DNA of 64,000 nucleotides from a candidate division FCPU426 bacterium (GTDB taxonomy: Bacteria > Oederibacteriota > Muellerivitia > Muellerivitales > Muellerivitaceae): contig CAWHOE010000057.1 of assembly GCA_963830915.1 (NCBI GenBank), positions 1 through 64,000 of the forward strand, in the 5' to 3' direction. Positions within the stretch are counted from its first letter, which is position 1, and each line of letters opens with the position of its first letter. The translations under genes and the position numbers were made by a program. Positions 22,045-31,217 of the stretch are shown here, piece by piece. Under the pieces are notes generated by a model. That model was not told where the DNA came from, searched no databases, and saw only the letters and a program-made list of their open reading frames with translations.

Positions 22045-22125
22045 TTATAAACCGTATTTCGCCGCGTACAAATACAACATCGAAATGGAAATTAGATCGC
22101 TGAGATAATGGACGATGATCAGGGC
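22045..22125 (-). pseudogene. Relic 3' end of a CAAX/CPBP protease gene
   Basis: Translates ALIIVHYLSDLISISMLYLYAAKYGL*, matching the C-terminus of 36736-37578. Confidence 0.75.
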
Positions 22126-22275
22126 CATGCCCCCGATCCCTCTTGGAAATTTTAGTATTTCTCCAAAAAACAGACCTATTTAGACCAGCCATTTGAAATT
22201 TTTGGAATACTGCGATTAAATAATGGTACATGTTTAACTTAGAAGTTTTTAAAGTTCGATCATTTAAGGTTTCTC

Positions 22276-23412
22276 ATGAAAGCCCTTTCACTTAATGCGA
22301 TCCGGTACAAAAAACTGCTCCAGGAAAGGCTGGTCCTCTACAAAGAGGTCCGTATGTACGAGCGGCTTATGGAATCCATGCGGGCCGATAACAGTTTCGA
22401 GGATATCCTTCGGCATTTGGTCCAAGCGGTCACCAAAGGTTTGGGTTACGACCGGGCGGGAATATTCCTCGCCGATTGGGACCGCAACATCGGTCAAAGG
22501 GTGATCGGGATCGACCAAAAAGGAAATTTGGAGTGGTCAGGGAAAGAGTATCTTCTGACGCCGGTCCGGGGCGCCAATTGGGTTTCCGATATAGTCCATG
22601 GCTATAACAAGGCTTATTACACCAACAACCGGCAGAAAAAAATCAAGAATTCCAGGGGCGAAGATGGGGATATGGTCAAGGTCTTCTGCAACGCCCTGGT
22701 GCCCATTACGGTCTCGGGGGAGAAGATCATCGGCATCATCGCGGTGGATAATTTGTTCACCAGCCGCCGGTTGAAAAAATCGGACCTTTTATCCCTCTCC
22801 AATTTTGCCACCCAGGCCGGGCTGGTCATTGAATCTTACCGGCAGCATCAAAAGATCAAGGACATCACCATCAAGGACTGGCTGACGGGGGTTTACAACC
22901 GCCGTTACTTCGATAACTACATGCCTAAAGAAGTGATACGTTGCCGTCGATACAAGCGGATGTTGGGGCTCTTATATGTGGATCTGGACCATTTCAAGCA
23001 TATCAACGACACTTACGGGCATCCGGCGGGGGATCAGATCCTCAAGCAAGTCGCGCGGACGATGGTGGAGCAGTTGCGGGATGTGGATGTGGTCGCGCGG
23101 CTGGGCGGTGACGAGTTCGCGGTTTTGTTGCCGGAAGTGGGCCCGGTCGGGACCAAGACCGTTGCGGAAAGGCTTTTGCGGGCCATCAGGGAATTGGTCC
23201 CGCCTGTGGAGGGGATGCAAATAGCCGGGGAGAAAACAACCGTCAGCATGGGGTTGGCGGCTCTGACCGAAGAGATCGAAAACTGGCACGAGCTGGTCAA
23301 GGCCGCCGACCAGAGTTTGTACCAGGCCAAAATAGCCGGCAGGAACCGAATGGGTGAAATCTTGTCGGTTTCAGAAACGACCGATCATCAAAAACAGATA
23401 CCAAACTCTTAA
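22276..23412 (+). CDS. GAF-GGDEF diguanylate cyclase
   Basis: GAF domain; D.LTGVYNRRYF, DLDHFKHINDTYGH, RDVD I-site, GGDEF. Confidence 0.92.
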   Translation: MKALSLNAIRYKKLLQERLVLYKEVRMYERLMESMRADNSFEDILRHLVQAVTKGLGYDRAGIFLADWDRNIGQRVIGIDQKGNLEWSGKEYLLTPVRGANWVSDIVHGYNKAYYTNNRQKKIKNSRGEDGDMVKVFCNALVPITVSGEKIIGIIAVDNLFTSRRLKKSDLLSLSNFATQAGLVIESYRQHQKIKDITIKDWLTGVYNRRYFDNYMPKEVIRCRRYKRMLGLLYVDLDHFKHINDTYGHPAGDQILKQVARTMVEQLRDVDVVARLGGDEFAVLLPEVGPVGTKTVAERLLRAIRELVPPVEGMQIAGEKTTVSMGLAALTEEIENWHELVKAADQSLYQAKIAGRNRMGEILSVSETTDHQKQIPNS

Positions 23413-23580
23413 GCTTGGTATAGTTTTGACCTATATTATTTTCCTTTCCTTCAATGTGCCCTGACACTTATCGGCAACATTTGTGATCACTCCCTTTAAA
23501 TGGGTCAGCCTGACCCTTTTTTTCGCTTTGCGGGTTAGGCGCCATCAGGTGAAGTAAGTTTATCGGGGAGAGGAAATGAT

Positions 23581-23615
23581 AAAGCCGATCGGCGTCAGGC
23601 CGACCGGCTTTTTTT
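23581..23615. terminator. Probable bidirectional terminator
   Basis: AAAGCCGATCGGC-GTCAG-GCCGACCGGCTTTTTTT between convergent genes. Confidence 0.7.
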
Positions 23616-23635
23616 ATTCGGTAACCGAAGGTCGC

Positions 23636-23731
23636 CCCTGTAGCAGAGATGCTTTTGGCATCACGCTACAGGGCGAAGTACTTCAGGGTTGTGCCATGAA
23701 GTGTAATGCCGAAGGCATCTCTACTTCATGG
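23636..23731. repeat. Two inverted copies of a ~38-bp REP-like hairpin
   Basis: CCCTGTAGC..GATGC..GCATC..GCTACAGGG and an inverted CCATGAAGT..ACTTCATGG copy; further copies at 60109 and 62226. Confidence 0.7.
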
Positions 23732-24586
23732 GCACGTCCAAAGAGCCTGCAACAGGTATTCGGAAGCGTTACCGGTCGGATAACCGTTCCAGGCGGTTGT
23801 TCCCAAGCTTGTGGGAAAACCGCCAGAAGCCAAAGCGTTCTCGGTATATATGTTCCAATCAGCCTGGATCCCGTTATTGGCTACGAGCGTGTAATTGGTA
23901 TTACAAATGACCACCAGCCAGTAGCTGCCAGGGGGGAGCGTGACAGGAGAAGCCAAGGACATGGTGGACCATTGGGTCGTATAACCGGGACTTTCGACCG
24001 TGGACGCGATCAAGGTGGTGGGCACCCCATTGACCGTATCGGCCCCATAAATAGCGCCGATGATACTGGATCCCCCGTTCAGGGTATAAGCCTCCAGCGC
24101 CGTGACCTTCGCGTAATCGTTATTCTGGATGACCATCCCTAAAAGATAATTGGCGGCGTATTCGCCCACATAGGAAGTGCCCCCGTAACCCATCGAAAAG
24201 GTCGAGGAACAAGGGGTCAGGGTCAAGGTGTTGGTCGCCGTGGCGGTCTGCGTAGGCGTGTCCGTCAAAGTGGGAGTATCAGTGATCGTGGCCGTATTCG
24301 TAGCCGTGGCTGTGTAACTGCATGTCGCGCTGTTGGTGGGGGTCAAGGTGATAGTGGCCGTAGCCGTGAGGGTGGGTGAGAGGGTAAGTGTCGGTGAGAA
24401 AGTGGCGGTAGGCGTATTGGTTTTCGTGACGGTGTTGGTCGGGGTCGATGAGGGAGCCGCCGTAAAAGTGTTGGTCGGGGCTGGGCTCGTGGGAGTGGTC
24501 GATTTGTTCCCGCAGGCTAATGGCAGGAGAACAGTGACAACCAAGAAAAGAATCAGAACGGATTTGATCAAATGGGTACAACGCAT
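23726..24586 (-). CDS. Thr/Pro-stalk lipoprotein, tip related to that of 21184
   Basis: PLAC lipobox; GAIYGAD...GVPTTLIAST...PVTLPPGSYWLVV. Confidence 0.8.
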   Translation of the reverse strand: MRCTHLIKSVLILFLVVTVLLPLACGNKSTTPTSPAPTNTFTAAPSSTPTNTVTKTNTPTATFSPTLTLSPTLTATATITLTPTNSATCSYTATATNTATITDTPTLTDTPTQTATATNTLTLTPCSSTFSMGYGGTSYVGEYAANYLLGMVIQNNDYAKVTALEAYTLNGGSSIIGAIYGADTVNGVPTTLIASTVESPGYTTQWSTMSLASPVTLPPGSYWLVVICNTNYTLVANNGIQADWNIYTENALASGGFPTSLGTTAWNGYPTGNASEYLLQALWTCP

Positions 24587-25003
24587 TAGAACACCTTCCT
24601 AATTTGTATTTCCCCATTTGTGTTTCATCGACTGGTGAATTTTATATAAAAAAATCGCAAACTGGAACAAGTAAATGCCGAATAGACTTAATTACGTCTG
24701 GATGATCGATAACAATAGGGACGTCGCGGCCTGTCTGATCCGATCAGCTAAACGGGATCAAAACCAAAACTATCCACTTTAACGATGGCCAATGGCCTGA
24801 CCTTTTTTACTTGCGACATCTACGAATGAGCGGGGAAGAAGTCTGGCAACGCGCGACTAACCAGTCATGAAATGCCCGTGTCTCCCGTTAAACCTCTTTT
24901 TTTACCTTTTTCCCATCAGGCCATTAATATAAATCGCGTCGCTGGGGAGCGGAAAGGCCTGGGCATCCATCAAGGCCAACCGAAATTATTTTCGGAGGCT
25001 CCA

Positions 25004-25705
25004 TTGAATATCAAAAGATCCGTTTACCTATTCTCCGTTCTTTTGATCATCGCCGGTTTATATGCCTTGCTTCCTATCGGTTGCGGAAAAGGTTCCCCCA
25101 CCACGCCCGCGCCCACGGCCACGCCTGTGCCTTTGACTGCCACGCCGACCAACACAGCGACAGTGACCTACACATCCACGGCCACCAGCACACCCACTAT
25201 TACTTTCACCGCGACGCCGACCTCGACGGTCGATACCTTCCCGGCGGAAGGTTTTGAGGAAACGTCGGTTCCAACGTCCTGGGAATCCTGGCATGTCGGA
25301 TCCACCGCCACCGTTTTGGCGCTTTCGACCGCCCAGGCCCACACGGGAAGCCAATCGGCCTACACCCAAGTCACCTTCACGGCCGGGGGACAGCTGGGCC
25401 AGATCCAAGATTATTTAACGAAGCCCCTTAACCTGACAGGAAAAACCCTAAGTTTTTGGTATTACATCGATCAATTGCCATCCGCCAGCGGAAGCACGGG
25501 GGGAATTTACGTCGAATCTCTGGGTGGAAATGGGGGCGAGGGAAATCTGGTTCTTCAAACAGGTGTTTGGATAAAAGTAACCTGCCCTATCTCGATGGCC
25601 GGGGATCCATCTTCCATAACAAATGTTGGGTTCTATATTGAATCCGGCTCAACCGGTCCTTTTAACACCGTCAATTTCTACATGGATGATGTCACCATCC
25701 AGTAA
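25004..25705 (+). CDS. Lipoprotein with CBM-like tip
   Basis: GGAGG then TTG 25004 (in frame with ORF 24872); PIGC lipobox; GFEE...AHTGSQS...LSFWYYI...FYMDDVTIQ. Confidence 0.75.
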   Translation: MNIKRSVYLFSVLLIIAGLYALLPIGCGKGSPTTPAPTATPVPLTATPTNTATVTYTSTATSTPTITFTATPTSTVDTFPAEGFEETSVPTSWESWHVGSTATVLALSTAQAHTGSQSAYTQVTFTAGGQLGQIQDYLTKPLNLTGKTLSFWYYIDQLPSASGSTGGIYVESLGGNGGEGNLVLQTGVWIKVTCPISMAGDPSSITNVGFYIESGSTGPFNTVNFYMDDVTIQ

Positions 25706-25856
25706 GTCTATGGTCCAACCTTCCGACCCGTTCCCCATAAAAGGAATGGGGGGATAAGTAATAATCGCCGAAATGATTGTTTATCGTAACCTCTGAAAAA
25801 GCCTGTTAAGTCTTCTTATTCAGAAAAATAAATTTAAAATTTAGCGGAGAACCGAA

Positions 25857-27098
25857 GTGACACGTTTTTCTTACAAACCAATAGTCCCTTTCCTTTATTC
25901 CGTCCTTCTTATCGGCTTATTAGGAACCGGCGTTTCCAACGCCCAAACCCTCCTGATCAATTATCCGCTGTTAACACCGGGCGGGGATGGCGTCGGGGTG
26001 GGTCTGGATATCACTTCTTACCCGGGATCGAGTTTACAATCGATCGTTCTTTACATTTCAGCCAATACCGCCGCCAACTATACTTACAGCTTGACCGCTT
26101 ATGACACCTGCTTCAATGGCACAGTCATTGGCGGACCGGTAGACAGCGGGACCGTGACCCAGGATGGGAACGCTTCGGATAATGTGGCCGTGACATTCGT
26201 ATTCCCGGGAAACCCGCCGGTCAATTATGGCGACGCGGTAGGCCTGGCCCTCGCGCAGACTTCCGGCCCTTCCTATTGCTATGTCGGAGTTTTTGGGAAT
26301 TACGGGGGGCTTACGGGATCGGCCATCGGGGTCAATGAACTTGCCTCATCGGACTATTGTCTGAGCAGTGTGATCCGAAATGGCTACGCGATCCAAGTTT
26401 ACGGGAACCCCCCCAATACCCCAACCTATACACCCACCATTACCGATACACCGACGATCACCTTCACGCCAACGATCACGCCGACTGACACGCCGACCGA
26501 CACCCCCACCATGACCGCGACCAATACATCCACGAATTCCTCCACCCAAACCGCCACCCCTACACCCACTTCCACCGCGTCAAATACCGCGACCCCGACC
26601 CCGTCCTTAACAACCACTTATACCGCCACGAATACTTCCACATTTACACCGACGAATTCGATGACCGCGACGCCCTCCCTCACAACAACCCCCTCGCCGA
26701 CCCTGACCCAAACCGCTGTTCCCACATCCACTTTTACCCGCACCTTAAGTCCCACTCCCACCCAGACCCCTACGTCGACGGCCACCTTGCCAATGTCCAG
26801 CACCCCAACCCCGAACGCGCCCCTGTACCTGTCCCGGAATTATTTCAACCCTCTGACCGGGCAATCCTTGGGCATCGACAGCCTGGTGGCCAGGGCTGGG
26901 TCGGTCCAGGTTTTGGTATTCAACATCGCGGGGCAAGAGGTGGTGAAAGTCGCGGATACCAGCCTGCCCGTTGGAAGCTGTCATTTTTCATGGGACGGCC
27001 GAAACTCAAGCGGGGCTCTAGTGGGTAATGGCGTCTATTTCATCGTCATCAAACAGCCTTCGGGTAATACCACCCGAAAAGTCATAATCCTTAGATAG
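25857..27098 (+). CDS. Secreted Thr/Pro-stalk protein with FlgD-Ig/CTD-like C-terminus
   Basis: Signal peptide; RNYFNP..VFNIAGQEV..WDGRNSSGALVGNGVYF..KVIILR. Confidence 0.8.
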   Translation: MTRFSYKPIVPFLYSVLLIGLLGTGVSNAQTLLINYPLLTPGGDGVGVGLDITSYPGSSLQSIVLYISANTAANYTYSLTAYDTCFNGTVIGGPVDSGTVTQDGNASDNVAVTFVFPGNPPVNYGDAVGLALAQTSGPSYCYVGVFGNYGGLTGSAIGVNELASSDYCLSSVIRNGYAIQVYGNPPNTPTYTPTITDTPTITFTPTITPTDTPTDTPTMTATNTSTNSSTQTATPTPTSTASNTATPTPSLTTTYTATNTSTFTPTNSMTATPSLTTTPSPTLTQTAVPTSTFTRTLSPTPTQTPTSTATLPMSSTPTPNAPLYLSRNYFNPLTGQSLGIDSLVARAGSVQVLVFNIAGQEVVKVADTSLPVGSCHFSWDGRNSSGALVGNGVYFIVIKQPSGNTTRKVIILR

Positions 27099-27234
27099 TT
27101 TTTTTCCTAGCAAGATCAATCTCGACGTCTGTTGACCTTTTTCCCCTTTTGCTCACAGGCTTACCTATACTGACTCAGGTTTGGGGAGCGGAAAGGCCTG
27201 ACGGCCCTCCGGAATACTATTTCGGGGGCTCCTT

Positions 27235-28005
27235 TTGAGAATATATAAGTCCGTTTATCTATTCGCCGTTCTATCGGTCATCTTAGGTTTTTACGCCTTG
27301 CTCCCCATGGGTTGCGGTAAAGATTCCAGCCCCTCCGCCCCCGTCACTGTCATGGAACTGGTGACCGCTTCCTTCACACCCACCTTTCCCCCTGGGACTT
27401 TGACCGCCACAGGCACGCCGACTTTAACAGCCACCGCCACTAAAACATCAACACCTTTGCCCACCGATACCCCCGTCACCATCCTGGTGACCGCCACCTT
27501 TACGGTCAGTTATACGCCGACGGTTTCGATGACACCTACTGTGCCCCTCACCGCTACGCCTTCCTCGACGGTGACCAGTACGGCTACGCCCACATTGACC
27601 TCAACGATCACAGACACTCCGACGGTCACTTTCACCAGCACCATCACGGACACCGCGACGGTTACCCCCACGGCCACACCCCATCTTGTGTATTACACCA
27701 TTACCGTTACGGCCACTGCCAATTGGAGCGGTAATTGTTATTACATCACTGGTTTTAGCGGGGGATCGCCTGTATGGAGTTCCAGTTATTCTATTTCCGG
27801 GCCAGCTGGAACTGCTACTTATACGACCCAAGCTACTCCAGGAAGTTTCACGGCCGGTCAGGTTGCGCAAATGGTTGTTAATCCTATATTTTTAACATCT
27901 CCATTTCCAACCATCACGGTAAACATCGTTGACGCTTATACTGATTCAGTTTTAGCGACAGGGACGAATACAGGGGAAATAGTCGAACCATACATTTACT
28001 TTTGA
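27235..28005 (+). CDS. Thr/Pro-stalk lipoprotein, leader paralogous to 25004
   Basis: SVYLF.VL..I.G.YALLP.GCGK leader shared; AT-rich tip. Confidence 0.75.
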   Translation: MRIYKSVYLFAVLSVILGFYALLPMGCGKDSSPSAPVTVMELVTASFTPTFPPGTLTATGTPTLTATATKTSTPLPTDTPVTILVTATFTVSYTPTVSMTPTVPLTATPSSTVTSTATPTLTSTITDTPTVTFTSTITDTATVTPTATPHLVYYTITVTATANWSGNCYYITGFSGGSPVWSSSYSISGPAGTATYTTQATPGSFTAGQVAQMVVNPIFLTSPFPTITVNIVDAYTDSVLATGTNTGEIVEPYIYF

Positions 28006-28343
28006 TCATTGAATGGATCAAACCATCCACTTTGAGAACAAACAGGTAGAGGTTCCACCGTCCCAGGTCTCCAACCTCGGAGCCATCAGGGGAAGTGACC
28101 TTAGCGGGACGGGAAGAACTCCAAAGTGACCACTCTTTACTAAAAACGTTCTCATACACGAGAAATCGCTTTAACGGTAAATACCTTATAAAATTTTTTT
28201 TGTTTTTTTAAATTCTTCGGGTTAAACGAAATATATATTTTTTCAAATATTTCAAAAGATATTTCTTGTTCATATCAAATATTTCTCTTAACGTTGTCCG
28301 AGATTAATCAGTTGTTATCCTAAATTTACATATTGGAGAATTT

Positions 28344-30923
28344 ATGAATCTGAAATTATTTCCGTTCGCGCAAAGGAGTACCAAATCCTCCTTCAAGTAC
28401 TTCTTGAAAACACTCTCTCTATCAATACTGTTCGTTCTTTTATCCATCTCAACCAATCTACAAGCCCAAACCAACTGTATCGTTAGCGATACGACCAATA
28501 ACTTGATGTATTTGAATACCGGCAATTGTTCACCCTCAATGACTCAAACTCCCCCCCCGGCGGACGGCAGTGGGCAAACCTGGTTAAGTCCAAGTTACAA
28601 CACCAGTTCAGTCCCTGATTGGGTTGCGCCAACCCAGGTCACAACCCCTCAAACAGGGAATTGGGCTACCCCTTGCAATATTTCAGGTAGCACTAGTAAT
28701 AAAATGTGGATTGGAACGGCAATTGATGGCTCAAATGCATGCGGTGCAACAAATGGAACAGTAGTAAATCTGTATTTTAGGAATGTTTTTACTGTACCAA
28801 CGGGAGGCTGTCCAATAACCCAAGCTACATTGACATTGAGTGGTGATAATTTAGTTACGGCTTGGTTGAATGGAACAGAATTAATTGATGCGGCAAATGA
28901 ACCGTATACTTTTCTAGCTAGTTGTACACAAATAGGTGTTACTGGTATTGCGGCAGGACAAAATGTCCTGGCATTCGAAGTTTTGAACGTACCTATCGAT
29001 CAACAAAATTACCAAGGTTTAACATATGAAATGTGTTATTGGGCTGGTTGTACACCCACGAACACACCAACGAATACTTTTACATTTACACCGACTATAA
29101 CACCAACCTATACAGCAACAAATACCGCAACCAATACAAATACTTTTACACCTTCCCCAACTTTTACAAATTCACCAACTAAAACCCCAACAAATACAGC
29201 GACGAATTCTGCGACAAACACTTGTACGTTTACCGCAACGAAAACTTGGTCCAACTCGCCAACAAAAACTCCAACTAATACAGCCACAAATACCGCGACC
29301 AATACCCGCACTTTGACACCAACTATCACGTGGACGAATTCACCAACAAAAATTTCCACAAACACAGCCACCAACACCAATACTGCTACGCTTACATTTA
29401 CTAGAACCAACTCACCGACAATAACTCCAACTAGTACACCAACAAACACAAGAACCTGCACCGCAACAAATACGCCCACATATACCCCTGGTACTATTCC
29501 ATTCTGCGGTTATGTAGCCTACTCCCATGGTGGTTTATCAGGCTATGTTGCTTATTACACTAATAATGCATGGGTCTCTTTAGGTAATGCATCTTTTAGC
29601 AATAGCCCTGATTCGGATCTTTCATTAGCTTTTTGGAATTGTACGCCTTATGTCGCGTTTCGAAACTCAGGAAATACAAACGCTTATTTGGAAGAATATA
29701 CAGGGTCAGGTTGGTCAACAGTAGGTAATGTGGGTTACTCTTTAAACAACACTTATTTTGTTTGTCCTTCATTGGTTTTTTCTACCACTGGAACACCGTA
29801 TGTTTATTTTGGGTATCAGACAGGAACAACTTACGTTGGTTATGTTATGGACTATAACGGTAGCGCTTGGGTGACAGTCGGACCAGGTTCCTTTGGCGCT
29901 ATTTGGTATGACACATCATTGGTTTTAAACAACAATGTGCCATTCGTTGCCTTTACATCTACCAACCTTGTGGGATTAGTTGAGACTTTTAACGGGACAA
30001 ACTGGGTGACTGTCGGCGGGGGTTCATTTGGTACTTTTTATAACAATACATCAAGTAACCCATCTTTGGCATTTTCTAACGGTGTAACTTATGTCGCTTA
30101 TACCGATGCTAACTCAAAAGGCTGGGTCAAATATGTTAATTCAACCGGAACCGCGTGGCTAACATTAGGTGGTAGTTATGGAACAGAATATCCTGGTGGT
30201 AGTCCAGATCTGGTTTTCTCAAATGGTAATCCTTATGTAGCTTTTACCGATGGGAATGAAATGAATTGGGTCATGGAATATAACGGTACCGCATGGGTAA
30301 CGATCGGGAATAGTTCTTTTGCAAAGAACTATGCGAGGACAAATCTATCGTTAGCGATTGAAACAAATGGCACCCCATACGTGGCATACAATAATTACAC
30401 TAATAACTATGGATATGTAGCTGGATTCAACGGTAGTGCCTGGGTGACCGTTGGTAATACTTATTATGGACCTTCTGCCTCCTTCTGCGCCCCTTCACTT
30501 AAGTTGTGCAGTCAATCCTGCACGTTGACAGGCGATATCATAAAGAATGCTTCATTGAAATCAGCTTTTCAACAAGGCCAATTCAATAACACTTCAACGC
30601 CTACCCCTAGCCCTACCATTACACCAGGGCCCACAAGTCCGCAAATAGTAGCTGCTCCAAATCTTTCGCGAGGCGGTGTGCCGATCAAGTTCTTGGTCGA
30701 TCTTTCAGAGGAAGCGAAAATTAATCTGACCCTCTACACGGTAACCGGCGAAGTGGTTTATAACACCACAGTTCATGGCGCGGCTGAGAACAACTCTTTG
30801 ACTTGGGACTTGAAGAATCAATGGCAACAAACGGTGGCTAGCGGGTTATATATTTACTTGATCCAAGTGAATGATTCCGCCGGTGTTCATATCAAAACAG
30901 GAAAAGTCGTCGTCATTCATTGA
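28344..30923 (+). CDS. Secreted multidomain protein (sugar-binding-like domain, Thr stalk, propeller repeats, CTD)
   Basis: [38 protein letters not shown] repeats; [31 protein letters not shown]; visibly AT-rich. Confidence 0.8.
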   Translation: MNLKLFPFAQRSTKSSFKYFLKTLSLSILFVLLSISTNLQAQTNCIVSDTTNNLMYLNTGNCSPSMTQTPPPADGSGQTWLSPSYNTSSVPDWVAPTQVTTPQTGNWATPCNISGSTSNKMWIGTAIDGSNACGATNGTVVNLYFRNVFTVPTGGCPITQATLTLSGDNLVTAWLNGTELIDAANEPYTFLASCTQIGVTGIAAGQNVLAFEVLNVPIDQQNYQGLTYEMCYWAGCTPTNTPTNTFTFTPTITPTYTATNTATNTNTFTPSPTFTNSPTKTPTNTATNSATNTCTFTATKTWSNSPTKTPTNTATNTATNTRTLTPTITWTNSPTKISTNTATNTNTATLTFTRTNSPTITPTSTPTNTRTCTATNTPTYTPGTIPFCGYVAYSHGGLSGYVAYYTNNAWVSLGNASFSNSPDSDLSLAFWNCTPYVAFRNSGNTNAYLEEYTGSGWSTVGNVGYSLNNTYFVCPSLVFSTTGTPYVYFGYQTGTTYVGYVMDYNGSAWVTVGPGSFGAIWYDTSLVLNNNVPFVAFTSTNLVGLVETFNGTNWVTVGGGSFGTFYNNTSSNPSLAFSNGVTYVAYTDANSKGWVKYVNSTGTAWLTLGGSYGTEYPGGSPDLVFSNGNPYVAFTDGNEMNWVMEYNGTAWVTIGNSSFAKNYARTNLSLAIETNGTPYVAYNNYTNNYGYVAGFNGSAWVTVGNTYYGPSASFCAPSLKLCSQSCTLTGDIIKNASLKSAFQQGQFNNTSTPTPSPTITPGPTSPQIVAAPNLSRGGVPIKFLVDLSEEAKINLTLYTVTGEVVYNTTVHGAAENNSLTWDLKNQWQQTVASGLYIYLIQVNDSAGVHIKTGKVVVIH

Positions 30924-30957
30924 CCAAATAGATCGATATCTCAACTTGGTTTACATT

Positions 30958-30999
30958 AAAACCCCTTCGGCCTTATAGCCGAGGGGGTTTAGTTTTTTT
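30958..30999 (+). terminator. Rho-independent terminator
   Basis: AAACCCCTTCGGC..GCCGAGGGGGTTT plus T tract. Confidence 0.75.
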
Positions 31000-31217
31000 C
31001 CTATAACCTAGTGAGAATCTAAAGTTCACAGCCCGCCGATCGACCTGTATTGAATAGGTTTCCAGTCCGGGTAAAACCCAATCAAAATTGGCTTTAGACA
31101 AAAAATTAGCATTTATTACCCTTTAAAATTAGCATTTTGGCCAAGACGGCCGAATTAAATAATTCACACGATAAAACAAGGGGTAAAATAAGCGAATATT
31201 CTTAAAGCGGGGGTCAG

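Noticed and set aside
22018..22050. c-di-GMP-I riboswitch upstream of the GGDEF gene (GGAAACGCCGAAAGGCG)
   Set aside because: Only a short GAAA-tetraloop hairpin; it lacks the GCAAA/second stem, and the downstream sequence is the CAAX relic.
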